64,000 bases of DNA from Inquilinaceae bacterium (GCA_965212545.1 CBDBVB010000025.1:8433-72432); one strand, 5' to 3'; counted from the first letter of the stretch, positions 20,265 to 30,548 are shown. Notes: a model not told the origin generated them from the sequence alone. Program-made: numbers and translations.

Positions 20265-21224
20265 ATGGCTGCCCACAGCTCAAAGAAAGTCATCTACGCC
20301 GCATTGGTCGGCAATTCGCTGATCGCGGTCACCAAATTCGGCGCCGCCGGCTATACCGGCAGTTCGGCGATGCTCAGCGAGGCGATCCACTCCGTCGTCG
20401 ACAGCGGAAACCAGCTGCTCCTGCTCTACGGGCTGAAGCGGTCGTCGCGACCGGCCGACGCCAGGCATCCCTTCGGCTACAGCATGGAGATGTATTTCTG
20501 GAGCTTCGTCGTGGCGATCATCATCTTCGCCGTCGGGGCCGGCGTATCGATCTACGAGGGCATCCAGAAACTGCTGCACCCGCACCCGGTCACCAATGTG
20601 ATGGTCAATTACGTGGTGCTGGGTGCCGCGATGGTGTTCGAAGCCCTGGCCTGCACGGTCGCCTTCAAGGAGTTCAACAAGGCGCGGGGTTCCATGGGAT
20701 TTGTCGAGGCGGTGCGCAAGAGCAAGGATCCGGCCCTGTTCACGGTGCTGTTCGAGGACAGCGCCGCCATGCTGGGGCTGATCGTGGCCTTCGTCGGAAT
20801 AGCGCTCGGTCAATGGCTCGACATGCCCATGCTGGACGGCGCCGCGTCGGTTGTCATCGGCCTGATACTGGCGGGAACGGCCGCCCTGTTGGCCTATGAA
20901 TGCAAGGGGCTGCTGATCGGCGAGGCGGCCGATCCCGTGGTCGTCGCCAATATCAGGCAGTTGGCCGGGTCCATGACCGGCATCAGCCAGATCAACGAGT
21001 TGCGCACCATGCATCTCGGGCCGCAGGACATCCTGCTGAACATCAGCCTGGATTTCGCCGACCGTCTGAACGCATTCCAGGTCGAGGAGGCGATCTCGAC
21101 CCTGGAACAGCGGATCAAGGCCGAACATCCGGACGTGAAACAGGTCTTCATCGAGGCCCAGAGCGTCCGCCGTCATCTGGAGAGCATCGCGTCCGGCGAT
21201 CCGGCGCCGGAACCGCTGACCTAG
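20265..21224 (+). CDS. Cation diffusion facilitator family transporter
   Basis: 319 aa with six TM helices. SAMLSEAIHSVVDSGNQ is present, followed by a C-terminal cytoplasmic domain. Confidence 0.9.
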   Translation: MAAHSSKKVIYAALVGNSLIAVTKFGAAGYTGSSAMLSEAIHSVVDSGNQLLLLYGLKRSSRPADARHPFGYSMEMYFWSFVVAIIIFAVGAGVSIYEGIQKLLHPHPVTNVMVNYVVLGAAMVFEALACTVAFKEFNKARGSMGFVEAVRKSKDPALFTVLFEDSAAMLGLIVAFVGIALGQWLDMPMLDGAASVVIGLILAGTAALLAYECKGLLIGEAADPVVVANIRQLAGSMTGISQINELRTMHLGPQDILLNISLDFADRLNAFQVEEAISTLEQRIKAEHPDVKQVFIEAQSVRRHLESIASGDPAPEPLT

Positions 21225-21253
21225 CTCTTCGAACTGGCCGGCCGGCGGCGCCG

Positions 21254-24200
21254 TCAGGCCGCCATCGACGCCAGATCCTGCATCAGCTTGCGGGCGCCAT
21301 CGACACGGGCGGCGGAGTCCGGCCAGGAGCGGCTGTAGACCAGCTTGTGATCCGGCCTGAGCTTTATGCCGACCGCCTGGCGGGCGATGAAGTCGACCAG
21401 CCTCGCGGGATGGGCAAAGCTGTTGTTGCGGAAGGTCAGCACCGCCCCCCTTGGCCCCGCCTCCAGCCGCTCTACACCGGACACCCTGCATAATTGTTTC
21501 AAAGCAATGACATGCAGCAGGTTCTCAACATCTCCCGGCAAGTCGCCAAAGCGGTCGATCAGCTCCGCCGCGAAGCCGTCGATCTCCACGCTGTCGACCA
21601 GTCGTGACAGGCGGCGATAGAGGTCCAGGCGCACATGCAGATCGGCGACATAGGTTTCTGGAATGCGCACCGGCATGCCAAGATTGATCTGCGGTGTCCA
21701 TTGCTCGGCGCCCTCGGCTCCCGGTCCGCCGCGCGACTCGGCGACCGCCTCTTCCAGCATCTGCTGGTAGAGCTCTGCGCCGACCTCGCGAATATGGCCG
21801 GATTGCTCTTCGCCGAGCAGATTGCCGGCGCCGCGGATATCCATGTCGTGGCTGGCCAGGCTGAATCCGGCGCCCAGATTGTCCAGGGTCTCGATGACGT
21901 GTAGCCGCTGTTGCGCCGTCTCGGTCAACGCCTTGTCCGGCGCATAGGTCAGATATGCATAGGCGCGCAGCTTCGCGCGCCCGATCCGGCCGCGCAGCTG
22001 ATAGAGCTGGGCCAGGCCGAACATGTCGGCGCGGTGGATCACCATGGTATTGGCGGATGGCACGTCGAGGCCGGATTCGACGATCGATGTGCACAGCAGC
22101 ACGTCGAACCGACCCTCATAGAAGGCCGCCATCACATCCTCCAGCGCCCGCGCCGGCATGCGGCCATGGGCGGTGACCAGCTTGACCTCAGGAACCAGTT
22201 CGCGGAGCTGCTCGGCCACCTTCTCCAGATCCTCGATGCGCGGGCAGACGTAATAGGTCTGACCGCCGCGGAAATGCTCCCGCATGATCGCCTCGCGGAC
22301 GATCACCGGGTCGAAGGGCAGAACGAAGGTCCGTATCGCCAGGCGGTCCACCGGCGGCGTTGCGATCAGCGAGAGCTGGCGCACGCCGGATAACGCCATC
22401 TGCAAGGTGCGCGGGATCGGCGTCGCGGTCAGGGTCAGCACGTGGATATCGGCGCGCAGCTGCTTCAGCCGCTCCTTCTGACGCACCCCGAAATGCTGCT
22501 CCTCATCGACAACGATCAGGTTCAACCGCTTGAATTGAATGGATTTCGCCAGGAGTGCATGGGTGCCGACGACGATATCGATCGAGCCGTCCGCCAAGCC
22601 TTGATGAACCAGTTTTGCGTCCTTGGCCCCGACCATGCGCGACAGCTGCGCGATCCTGAGCGGCAGCCCGTGAAACCGCTCGGCGAATGTCTGATGGTGC
22701 TGCCGCGCCAGCAATGTGGTCGGCACGACGATTGCCACCTGGTGGCCGGCCATCGCCGCCACGAAGGCGGCGCGCAAGGCGACTTCGGTCTTGCCGAATC
22801 CGACATCGCCGCAGACCAGCCGGTCCATTGGCCGGCCGGCATTGAGGTCGTCCAGCACCTGCTCGATCGAGCGCTGCTGGTCCTCGGTCTCGGGATAGGG
22901 AAATCGGGCGGCGAACTCGTCATACAGCCCTTCCGGCGGCGGCAGAGGCTCGGAATGCCGCATTTCCCTGGCGGCGGCGATCTTCAGCAACTCCTCGGCC
23001 ATGTCCTTCAGCCGCTTCTTGACGCGCGCCTTGCGCGCCTGCCAGCCCGCACCGCCCAACCGGTCGAGCTGCGCCCCGGCGGCGTCGGAGCCGAACCGCG
23101 ACAGCACCTCGATGTTCTCGACCGGCAGGAACAGTTTGGCGTTGTCGGCATAGACGATGCGCAGGCAATCATGCGGCGCGCCGGACACGGTCAGGGTCTC
23201 CAGCCCTTCGTATCGGCCGATGCCGTGCTCGATATGGACCACGTAGTCGCCGGTGCTGAGCGACGATACCTCGGCGATGAATTGCTCCGAACGTCGCCGC
23301 TTGCGGCCCTGCCTGACCAGCCGGTCACCGAACAGATCCTGCTCCGATATCACCGCCAGATCGGCCGCAACGAAGCCGGTCTCGACCGGCAGCACCGCAG
23401 CCGCCGTCGCCTTTCGGTCGAGGGCCTGCAAGGCTTGCCAGTCGGCGACCGTGACGACCTCGCCATGGCCATGTTCGGCCAGCACCGTGCGCAGACGCTC
23501 GCGGGCGCCGGCGGTGTATCCGGCGATCAGCACCCGACGGCCGTCCTTGCGCAGGGCGCCGATATGCTCAAGCGCAGTGTCGAACAGATTGGCGTCCGGA
23601 TTGGCCCGCGCATCGGCGAAGTCGCGTCCGCGCCGACCGCCCGCATCGATCCCGCCCGGCGCCCCGGCGAAGGGCGAGAACTGCGCCACCGCCCGCTCGG
23701 ACAGCAGCCCGTCCCACGCCTTGGCATCGAGATACAGACGATCCGGCGGCAGCGGCTTGTAGACCGGTGAATCGGTACGTTTTTCGACTCCGCGCATGGT
23801 CATGCGGGCATCGTAGAAATCGGTGATCTGGCCGATCCGCGCATTCCGCGCCTCGACCGCCTGCGGGTCGAGGGTGACGACGGTGTCCTGCAGATAGTCG
23901 AACAGGGTCTCCATCGCCCCGTGAAACAGCGGCAGCCAATGTTCCATACCAACATGCCGTCGGCCCTCGGTGACCGCCTCGTAGAGCGGGTCGTCGCCGC
24001 TGACGGCGCCGAACAGGGCGCGATAGCCGGACCGGAAGCGACCCCGGGACTCGTCGTCGAGCAGCAACTCGCTCATCGGCGTGAGCGCGATGCGCTGCTC
24101 TTTTCCGGTGGTCCGCTGGGTCACCGGGTCGAATCTGCGCAGCGCCTCCAACTCGTCGCCGAACAGATCCAGGCGCACCGGCTCTTCGCCGCTGGGCGGA

Positions 24201-24724
24201 AACAGATCGACGATGCCGCCGCGGACCGCATATTCGCCGTGTTCGCGCACCGTCTGCGACCGGGTATAGCCATTATGGGCCAGGAAGGCCTGCAGAGCCG
24301 GCAGGTCGACACGGTCGCCGATGCCGGCGGCATAGCTCGACTGGCCGAGCGCGGAGCGTGGCGGCACCCGCTGCAGCATCGCGTTGACCGTTGTGATGAT
24401 GAGGTCCGGCGCCGCGCGGGATGCCAGTCGCGCCAGCAGATGCATGCGCCGTCCCGCGATCTCGGGATTCGGCGAGACCCGGTCGTAGGGCAGACAGTCC
24501 CAGGCGGGGAATTCCTCGATCTCAAGCTCGGGCGCGAAGAACGCCACCGTCTGGGCCAGCCGCGCGGCGCGGGCGTCGTCAAGGGCGACATGCAGGACAC
24601 AGCCGGGCAGGCCTGCCGCAAGCCCGGCCAATATGCGCGCATCGTGGCCGTCCGGGGCGCCGCCGACCAGCTGAAAGCGGGGTTTCGTCGGATCAAGTTC
24701 GATCGTGAACACGCGTGTTATCAA
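21254..24724 (-). CDS. mfd: Transcription-repair coupling factor
   Basis: 1156 aa. It has the helicase motifs GDVGFGKTEVALRA and VVDEEQHFGV plus the TRCF C-terminal domain. Confidence 0.95.
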   Translation of the reverse strand: MITRVFTIELDPTKPRFQLVGGAPDGHDARILAGLAAGLPGCVLHVALDDARAARLAQTVAFFAPELEIEEFPAWDCLPYDRVSPNPEIAGRRMHLLARLASRAAPDLIITTVNAMLQRVPPRSALGQSSYAAGIGDRVDLPALQAFLAHNGYTRSQTVREHGEYAVRGGIVDLFPPSGEEPVRLDLFGDELEALRRFDPVTQRTTGKEQRIALTPMSELLLDDESRGRFRSGYRALFGAVSGDDPLYEAVTEGRRHVGMEHWLPLFHGAMETLFDYLQDTVVTLDPQAVEARNARIGQITDFYDARMTMRGVEKRTDSPVYKPLPPDRLYLDAKAWDGLLSERAVAQFSPFAGAPGGIDAGGRRGRDFADARANPDANLFDTALEHIGALRKDGRRVLIAGYTAGARERLRTVLAEHGHGEVVTVADWQALQALDRKATAAAVLPVETGFVAADLAVISEQDLFGDRLVRQGRKRRRSEQFIAEVSSLSTGDYVVHIEHGIGRYEGLETLTVSGAPHDCLRIVYADNAKLFLPVENIEVLSRFGSDAAGAQLDRLGGAGWQARKARVKKRLKDMAEELLKIAAAREMRHSEPLPPPEGLYDEFAARFPYPETEDQQRSIEQVLDDLNAGRPMDRLVCGDVGFGKTEVALRAAFVAAMAGHQVAIVVPTTLLARQHHQTFAERFHGLPLRIAQLSRMVGAKDAKLVHQGLADGSIDIVVGTHALLAKSIQFKRLNLIVVDEEQHFGVRQKERLKQLRADIHVLTLTATPIPRTLQMALSGVRQLSLIATPPVDRLAIRTFVLPFDPVIVREAIMREHFRGGQTYYVCPRIEDLEKVAEQLRELVPEVKLVTAHGRMPARALEDVMAAFYEGRFDVLLCTSIVESGLDVPSANTMVIHRADMFGLAQLYQLRGRIGRAKLRAYAYLTYAPDKALTETAQQRLHVIETLDNLGAGFSLASHDMDIRGAGNLLGEEQSGHIREVGAELYQQMLEEAVAESRGGPGAEGAEQWTPQINLGMPVRIPETYVADLHVRLDLYRRLSRLVDSVEIDGFAAELIDRFGDLPGDVENLLHVIALKQLCRVSGVERLEAGPRGAVLTFRNNSFAHPARLVDFIARQAVGIKLRPDHKLVYSRSWPDSAARVDGARKLMQDLASMAA

Positions 24725-25008
24725 TCGGTTCGAGGGGAAAACTTATGTGCCTTGAGAAGCTCCATGACGTCGTGATCATGGTCGCTGGGCACCGGCTCGC
24801 GGCCGGTCATCCAATTGTAGAGATCAGGATCGCTGCTGCCCAGCAGGCGGTCGAACCGATCCAGCTGTTCGGCCGAGAACCCATCCAGATGCCGGTCGGC
24901 GAAGCTGCCAAGCAGCAGGTCGGCCTCGCGTGTTCCGCGATGCCAGCTGCGGAACTTCAGGCGCCGCCGCATCGCATCGCGCTGCGGGCTATCGGGCCGC
25001 TCGGTCAT
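24721..25008 (-). CDS. sdhE: FAD assembly factor SdhE (succinate dehydrogenase assembly factor 2)
   Basis: 95 aa. RSWHRGTREADLLLG carries the RGxxE motif. It overlaps the mfd start by 4 nt. Confidence 0.8.
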   Translation of the reverse strand: MTERPDSPQRDAMRRRLKFRSWHRGTREADLLLGSFADRHLDGFSAEQLDRFDRLLGSSDPDLYNWMTGREPVPSDHDHDVMELLKAHKFSPRTD

Positions 25009-25030
25009 TCGGCTACTCTCCGGATAGTCA

Positions 25031-27142
25031 ATGGCGACACGGTATAGAATCCGTCCGGTGCGTCCGCAAATCCTCTATCCGCTTTTTGCCGATGTCGACC
25101 AGCTGCCGGGCATTGGACCGAAATCCGCGAAGCTGGTCGAAAGGCTCGCCGGGCCGCGGGTCATGGACCTGTTGTGGCATCTGCCTTCGGGCATCGTCGA
25201 CCGGCGCTTCGCGCCCAAGATAGCCGAAGCGCCGGCCGGCGAGGTCGCCACACTGACGGTGCATGTCGACGGCCACATCGTGCCGCCCTCCCGGCGCGCG
25301 CCCTATCGCGTGCGCTGTTCCGACGCCACCGGCGGCATCGATCTGGTGTTTTTCCACGCCAATGCCGATTGGCTGGCCAAATCCCTGCCGGTCGGCACGA
25401 CCCGCGTGGTCAGCGGTCGCGTCGAACAGTTCCAGGGCGAAATGCAGATGGCCCATCCGGACAGGATCGGCACCGAGGAGGAACTCGCCGAGATCGCCAC
25501 CGTCGACCCGGTCTATCCGATGACCGGCGGCCTGGCGCCCAAGACACTGGGCAAAGCCGTGTCGGCGGCGCTGGAGCGGGCGCCCGTTCTGGCGGAATGG
25601 CAGGATGCGGCGTGGCGCGAGCGCCAGGGCTGGGCAAGCTGGCACGACGCGCTGCTGGCTGCCCATGCGCCGGACGATGAGGCCGCCCTGTCCTCCCTTG
25701 CCCGGTCCCGCGCCCGCTTGGCCTATGATGAACTGCTCGCCAACCAGCTGGCCCTGGCCATGGTGCGCGCCTCGATGCGCCGGCTGCCCGGACGTCCGCT
25801 GCGCGGCGATGGCCGGCTCACGGCCAAGGTCGAGAGCGCCCTTCCCTTTTCGCTGACAGGATCGCAGCGCCATGCGATCGCCGAGATCGCCGGCGACATG
25901 GCGTCCGACAACCGCATGCTGCGCCTGTTGCAGGGTGATGTCGGCAGCGGCAAGACCGTCGTCGCGCTGATGGCGATGCTGGCCGCCGTCGAGGCCGGGG
26001 CCCAGGCCGCGATCCTGGCGCCGACCGAGATCCTGGCCCGGCAGCACCTGGAGACCATAACGCCGCTGGTGGAGGCCGCGGGCTTGCGCGCCGGTCTGCT
26101 GACCGGCCGCGACAAGGGCAAGGCGCGGGCGGCGCTGCTGGACGAACTGGCCTCCGGCGTGTTGCCGATCGTCGTCGGCACCCATGCGCTGATCCAGGAG
26201 GATGTGGCGTTCCACGATCTCGGCCTGGCGGTGATCGACGAGCAGCATCGCTTCGGCGTGCATCAGCGGCTCCAGCTGTCCGCCAAGGGCGGGGGCATGG
26301 TCGATGTGCTGGTGATGACCGCCACGCCGATCCCGCGCACCCTGACCCTGACCGCCTATGGCGACATGGACGTCTCGCGCCTGACCGACAAGCCGCCGGG
26401 GCGCAAGCCGGTCGACACCCGGGCGCTGCCGTCCAACCGGATCGAGGAGGTGGTGTCCGCCGTCGACCGCAAGCTGGGCCAGGGCGCAAAGATCTACTGG
26501 GTCTGCCCGCTGGTCGAGGAGTCGGAATCGATCGACCTGGCGGCGGCGACTGATCGACATGCGGCGCTGCAGCGGCGGTTCGGCGACCGCGTCGGGCTGG
26601 TGCACGGACGCCTGAAGGCGGCCGAAAAGGATGCCGTGATGAGCGCATTCGCCGGCGAAGGCATCGATATCCTGGTCGCCACCACGGTCATCGAGGTCGG
26701 TGTCGACGTGCCCGCCGCGACCGTCATGGTGATCGAGCATGCCGAACGCTTCGGACTGGCGCAGTTGCACCAGCTGCGCGGTCGGATCGGCCGCGGCGAT
26801 GCCGGATCGACCTGCCTGCTGCTCTATTCGCAGCCTCTGGGGGAGACCGCTCGGGCCCGCATCGCAACTTTGCGGGAGACCGATGACGGCTTCCGCATCG
26901 CCGAGGAGGATCTGCGGCTGCGCGGCGCCGGTGAAGTCCTGGGCACAAAACAGAGCGGCCTGCCCGCCTTCCGGGTCGCCGATCTTGCGATCCATGGCGA
27001 ATTGCTGGCCGCCGCCCGGGACGATGCGCGGCTGATCCTGGAGCGTGATCCGGATCTCAACGGCGAGCGCGGCGCAGCACTTCGGGTCCTGCTATACCTG
27101 TTCGAACGGGACGCGGCGGTCCGCCTTCTGCGATCGGGTTAG
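25031..27142 (+). CDS. recG: ATP-dependent DNA helicase RecG
   Basis: 703 aa. It has GDVGSGKTVVALMA, VIDEQHRFGV and QLHQLRGRIGRG. Confidence 0.95.
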   Translation: MATRYRIRPVRPQILYPLFADVDQLPGIGPKSAKLVERLAGPRVMDLLWHLPSGIVDRRFAPKIAEAPAGEVATLTVHVDGHIVPPSRRAPYRVRCSDATGGIDLVFFHANADWLAKSLPVGTTRVVSGRVEQFQGEMQMAHPDRIGTEEELAEIATVDPVYPMTGGLAPKTLGKAVSAALERAPVLAEWQDAAWRERQGWASWHDALLAAHAPDDEAALSSLARSRARLAYDELLANQLALAMVRASMRRLPGRPLRGDGRLTAKVESALPFSLTGSQRHAIAEIAGDMASDNRMLRLLQGDVGSGKTVVALMAMLAAVEAGAQAAILAPTEILARQHLETITPLVEAAGLRAGLLTGRDKGKARAALLDELASGVLPIVVGTHALIQEDVAFHDLGLAVIDEQHRFGVHQRLQLSAKGGGMVDVLVMTATPIPRTLTLTAYGDMDVSRLTDKPPGRKPVDTRALPSNRIEEVVSAVDRKLGQGAKIYWVCPLVEESESIDLAAATDRHAALQRRFGDRVGLVHGRLKAAEKDAVMSAFAGEGIDILVATTVIEVGVDVPAATVMVIEHAERFGLAQLHQLRGRIGRGDAGSTCLLLYSQPLGETARARIATLRETDDGFRIAEEDLRLRGAGEVLGTKQSGLPAFRVADLAIHGELLAAARDDARLILERDPDLNGERGAALRVLLYLFERDAAVRLLRSG

Positions 27143-27149
27143 ACGGTCG

Positions 27150-27968
27150 CTAGCCGGTCTTGCGCTTGGGCGGCAGCCGATCGCGCTTGGCAGCCTCGCT
27201 GGCCGCGTTCTCGATCCCGACATCCTTACCGTCGGCCCGGGACGCAATCTTCGGCTTGGCCTTTTGCGCCTCAGGCCGCTCGTCGGGCGGAGTGACGATT
27301 CCGGCCGATACCACCATCTTGATCCCCTCCTCCACGGACATGTCCAGGACAGTGATCTCGTCCCGGGGCACGAAGATGAGGAATCCTGAAGTCGGATTCG
27401 GGGTGGTTGGCACGAAGATGTTGATCAACGTGTCTTCGGTCAGATTCTGGACCTCGCCTTCGGTCGCGCCGGTGATGAAGCCAATCACCCACATTCCGCG
27501 GCGCGGATACTCCACCAGGACGACCTCGCGAAAGGCCGAGGACTGATTGGCCAGGACTGTTTCCAGGATCTGCTTGACCGCCCCGTACAGGCTGCGTACC
27601 GCCGGAATGCGGGCCAGCAGAGCCTCGCTGACGCGCAGGAACAGCCGCCCGATGAAGCCCGCGGTCAGCCAGCCGATGATGGTCAGGCCGACCACCAGCA
27701 CGATCAGGCCGATGCCGGGAATGCCGATCGAACCCCAGGTGTCCGGCAGATAGGTCTCGGGGTTCAACGTCGGCGGCAGGACTCCGCGCACCGTCTCGTC
27801 CACCGCGCGGAACAGCAGATACGCCAGATAAAGCGTGATCGAGATCGGCGCCGTGACCAGGATTCCAGCCAGGAAATAGGCGCGAAGCCGCGATCCCACG
27901 GTGAGGAACGGATTCGCCGGCACCCGGACCCTGCGCGCCGATCCAGAGTTCTTCGTCTTGCGGGCCAA
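27150..27968 (-). CDS. DUF502 family membrane protein
   Basis: 272 aa. It has two N-terminal TM helices and the conserved PNPTSGFLIFVP block. Confidence 0.75.
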   Translation of the reverse strand: MARKTKNSGSARRVRVPANPFLTVGSRLRAYFLAGILVTAPISITLYLAYLLFRAVDETVRGVLPPTLNPETYLPDTWGSIGIPGIGLIVLVVGLTIIGWLTAGFIGRLFLRVSEALLARIPAVRSLYGAVKQILETVLANQSSAFREVVLVEYPRRGMWVIGFITGATEGEVQNLTEDTLINIFVPTTPNPTSGFLIFVPRDEITVLDMSVEEGIKMVVSAGIVTPPDERPEAQKAKPKIASRADGKDVGIENAASEAAKRDRLPPKRKTG

Positions 27969-28014
27969 AGGCTAGCTCCGTGTTCCGCCAGCAGAACGTG
28001 AAGTCATTTTACAT

Positions 28015-28091
28015 CCTTAGATGGCAACGACCGGGCAGAATTGCGGCAACACCGACCTTATCCTTTGCTCACGCCGGTCCATCTTAGATGG
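28015..28091. promoter_or_regulatory. Two related TTAGATGG-containing sites in the DUF502 / type III PKS divergent spacer
   Basis: CATCCTTAGATGG lies at 28012-28024. The perfect 13-bp palindrome CCATCT-T-AGATGG lies at 28079-28091, 25 nt before the PKS ATG. Confidence 0.35.
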
Positions 28092-28115
28092 ATATCGAGG
28101 AGATCAGGACAAGTC

Positions 28116-29171
28116 ATGCCGAGTTTGATCAGCCTGGCGACCGCGTCGCCGAGCCACACGATCTCCCAGCCGGAAATCGTGGCGGCCGCCCGAAAGGTCT
28201 TTGCCGCCCGCGGGACGGAGTTCGAGCGCCTGGCCCCGGCCTATGACCATGCCGGCATCGAAAACCGCCAGTTCAGCGCCCCGATCGAATGGTACCTGGA
28301 GCCTCACGGCTGGGCCGAGCGCAGCCGGATGTTCGTTGAGAGCGCGGACGCGTTGCTGGAGGAGGCCGCCACCAAGTGCCTCGCCCAGGTCGGGCTCGAA
28401 GCCGAGGCCGTCGACGCGCTGGTCGTCGTCTGCAGTACCGGGATCGCAACGCCGAGCCTGGACGCAAGGCTGATGGAACGCATGTCCTTCCGCCGAGACG
28501 TCGTCCGCCTGCCGATCTTCGGCCTGGGATGTGCCGGCGGCATTCTGGGGCTGGCCCGGGCCGGCGCGCTCGCCCGCGCGATGCCGGGCAAGCGGGTGTT
28601 GCTTCTGGTGGTGGAATTGTGCGGCCTGACCTTCCGCAGCCAGGATCTTGGCAAGAGCAACATCATCGCATCCGCGTTGTTCGGCGACGGAGCGGCGGCG
28701 GCGTTGATCGAACACCAGCCATCCGCCCCGCTGGGCGGATCGCCGCCGGTGAGGATCGTGGCGACCGGCGAGCATACCTGGCCGGACAGCCTGGACGTGA
28801 TGGGCTGGAACATCGAGGAGGACGGGTTCGGCGTACTTTTCTCGCGCGATATCCCGCGCTTTGTGCAGACCCGCATGCGGCCGGTCATCGACCGGTTCCT
28901 GGCCGATCAGGGTTTGCGCATGGCCGATCTCGACGGCGTGGTCTGTCATCCGGGCGGAACCAAGGTGATTGCGGCCATGATATCGGCGCTGGAACTGGAT
29001 CCGCGCGCACTGGATGTCGAGGCTGACATATTGCGGTGCCACGGCAACATGTCGTCGGTGACCGTGCTGTTTGTCCTGGACGAGAAGCGTCGGCGCGGCG
29101 ATGGCGGCTTGCGGTTGATGCTGGCGCTCGGCCCCGGCTTCACGCTGGGCCTGGGGCTGATCGAGTTTTGA
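28116..29171 (+). CDS. Type III polyketide synthase (chalcone synthase-like)
   Basis: The catalytic triad contexts are FGLGCAGG (Cys), VCHPGG (His) and GNMSSVTVLFVL (Asn). The start is taken at ATG 28116. Confidence 0.9.
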   Translation: MPSLISLATASPSHTISQPEIVAAARKVFAARGTEFERLAPAYDHAGIENRQFSAPIEWYLEPHGWAERSRMFVESADALLEEAATKCLAQVGLEAEAVDALVVVCSTGIATPSLDARLMERMSFRRDVVRLPIFGLGCAGGILGLARAGALARAMPGKRVLLLVVELCGLTFRSQDLGKSNIIASALFGDGAAAALIEHQPSAPLGGSPPVRIVATGEHTWPDSLDVMGWNIEEDGFGVLFSRDIPRFVQTRMRPVIDRFLADQGLRMADLDGVVCHPGGTKVIAAMISALELDPRALDVEADILRCHGNMSSVTVLFVLDEKRRRGDGGLRLMLALGPGFTLGLGLIEF

Positions 29172-29683
29172 GCGAAGCGTTCGCATGGTTGGGTTGGCCG
29201 CAGGTCATCGTGCTGGCGGTGGCGCTACAACGTGTGGCCGAGTTGCGTCTTGCCAGACGCAACGCCGCCCGATTGCTGGCCGAAGGCGGCGTGGAGCACG
29301 GCGCCGGACACTACCCCCTGTTCTTCCTGATTCAAGGCGCATGGCTTCTGGCGCTGCTGGTCCTGACCCCGACCCAGGCGCCGATCGGCTGGGTGCTGCT
29401 GGCCGCATTCGTCGCATTGCAGGCTGCCCGGATCTGGGTCATTGCGACGCTGGGACGGTTTTGGACGACCAGGATCATCACCGTGGATGACGCGCCGCTG
29501 GTAACCGGCGGGCCCTATCGCTGGCTGCGGCATCCCAACTATGCGGTTGTTGCGGCCGAAACCGTCGTGCTGCCGATGATATTCGGGCAATGGGAGATCG
29601 CGCTCGCCGCCGGCGCGGCGACCGCAATGCTGCTGCGACATCGTATCGCTACCGAAGAGGGCGCGCTGGCCGGCCGTCGGTGA
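29168..29683 (+). CDS. Isoprenylcysteine carboxyl methyltransferase (ICMT)-family membrane methyltransferase
   Basis: A TTG start overlaps the PKS stop. There are multiple TM helices and the C-terminal block GPYRWLRHPNYAVVAAE...EEGAL. Confidence 0.75.
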   Translation: MSEAFAWLGWPQVIVLAVALQRVAELRLARRNAARLLAEGGVEHGAGHYPLFFLIQGAWLLALLVLTPTQAPIGWVLLAAFVALQAARIWVIATLGRFWTTRIITVDDAPLVTGGPYRWLRHPNYAVVAAETVVLPMIFGQWEIALAAGAATAMLLRHRIATEEGALAGRR

Positions 29684-29740
29684 ACGCCACACTTTGCGAA
29701 GGCGGCACTCCGCCCTATTGTTGGCATTTGATCTATTCGG

Positions 29741-30466
29741 ATGTCGGGGGAAGATGTGACCGAAGTTGTCGAGCATTCGTTGGACGGTATCGCCCTGTTC
29801 GACCCGTTGTCGCCATCTGAGCGCCGAACCCTGGCGCAGCAATGCCGCTGGCGCCGCTATGCGCCCCAGGAGCAGGTCTTCGACCGCAGCGACGACGCTC
29901 GAGACGTCTATTTCATCGTCGAGGGAGTGGTCCGGATCGTCGATTACTCCTTTTCCGGCCGGGAGATCAGCTTCGACGATATCGAAGCCGGCACCTATTT
30001 CGGCCATCTTTCGGCGATCGACGACAAGCCGCGATCGGCAGGCGTGGTCTCGCTTGCGGATTCAGTGCTGGCGACCATGTCGCAGAACCTGTTTGAGCAG
30101 ACCGTGAGCGGCCATCCGAAGCTGGCTCTGGATATCATGCGGAACATGGCGGCCATGGTGCGTCGGTCGACGGAGCGGATCATGGATCTGAGCACATTGG
30201 GCGCCAACAACCGTGTCCATGCCGAGATTCTACGCCTTGCCCGCACCTGCCGGACCGATGAGGAGGATGTCACCGCGATCATCACGCCGATTCCGGTGCA
30301 CAGCGACATCGCCAGCCGGGTCAGCACGACTCGCGAGACCGTCGCGCGGGTCTTTGGCGAACTGGCCAAGACCGGTCTGGTGGAAAGACGATCGAACCAG
30401 CTTTTCGTAAGCGATTTCGATCGGCTGGAGCAGCTGGTTGAGGATGTGCGCGGCGGCGACTACTGA
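29741..30466 (+). CDS. Crp/Fnr family transcriptional regulator, CRP-type recognition helix
   Basis: 241 aa with a cNMP-binding fold (YFIVEGVVRI..., FGHLSAIDDKPRSA). The C-terminal HTH ASRVSTTRETVARVFGELAKTG carries the R-E-x-x-x-R pattern seen in E. coli CRP (RETVGR). Confidence 0.85.
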   Translation: MSGEDVTEVVEHSLDGIALFDPLSPSERRTLAQQCRWRRYAPQEQVFDRSDDARDVYFIVEGVVRIVDYSFSGREISFDDIEAGTYFGHLSAIDDKPRSAGVVSLADSVLATMSQNLFEQTVSGHPKLALDIMRNMAAMVRRSTERIMDLSTLGANNRVHAEILRLARTCRTDEEDVTAIITPIPVHSDIASRVSTTRETVARVFGELAKTGLVERRSNQLFVSDFDRLEQLVEDVRGGDY

Positions 30467-30548
30467 GCGCCTCCGCACTTCAGTTGCCTCCTCGTGCGCA
30501 TACCGGCGATGTGTCAGGAATACCGATCGATATCTGATTGTGGCTGCT

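Noticed and set aside
19122-20276. 384-aa minus-strand ORF
   Set aside because: It is antisense to the DsbA-like gene and overlaps other supported genes. It has no motifs.
25028-26995. 655-aa minus-strand ORF
   Set aside because: It lies entirely antisense to recG, whose helicase motifs are unambiguous. Its Arg/Gly/Ala/Pro-rich composition is typical of spurious antisense ORFs in high-GC DNA.
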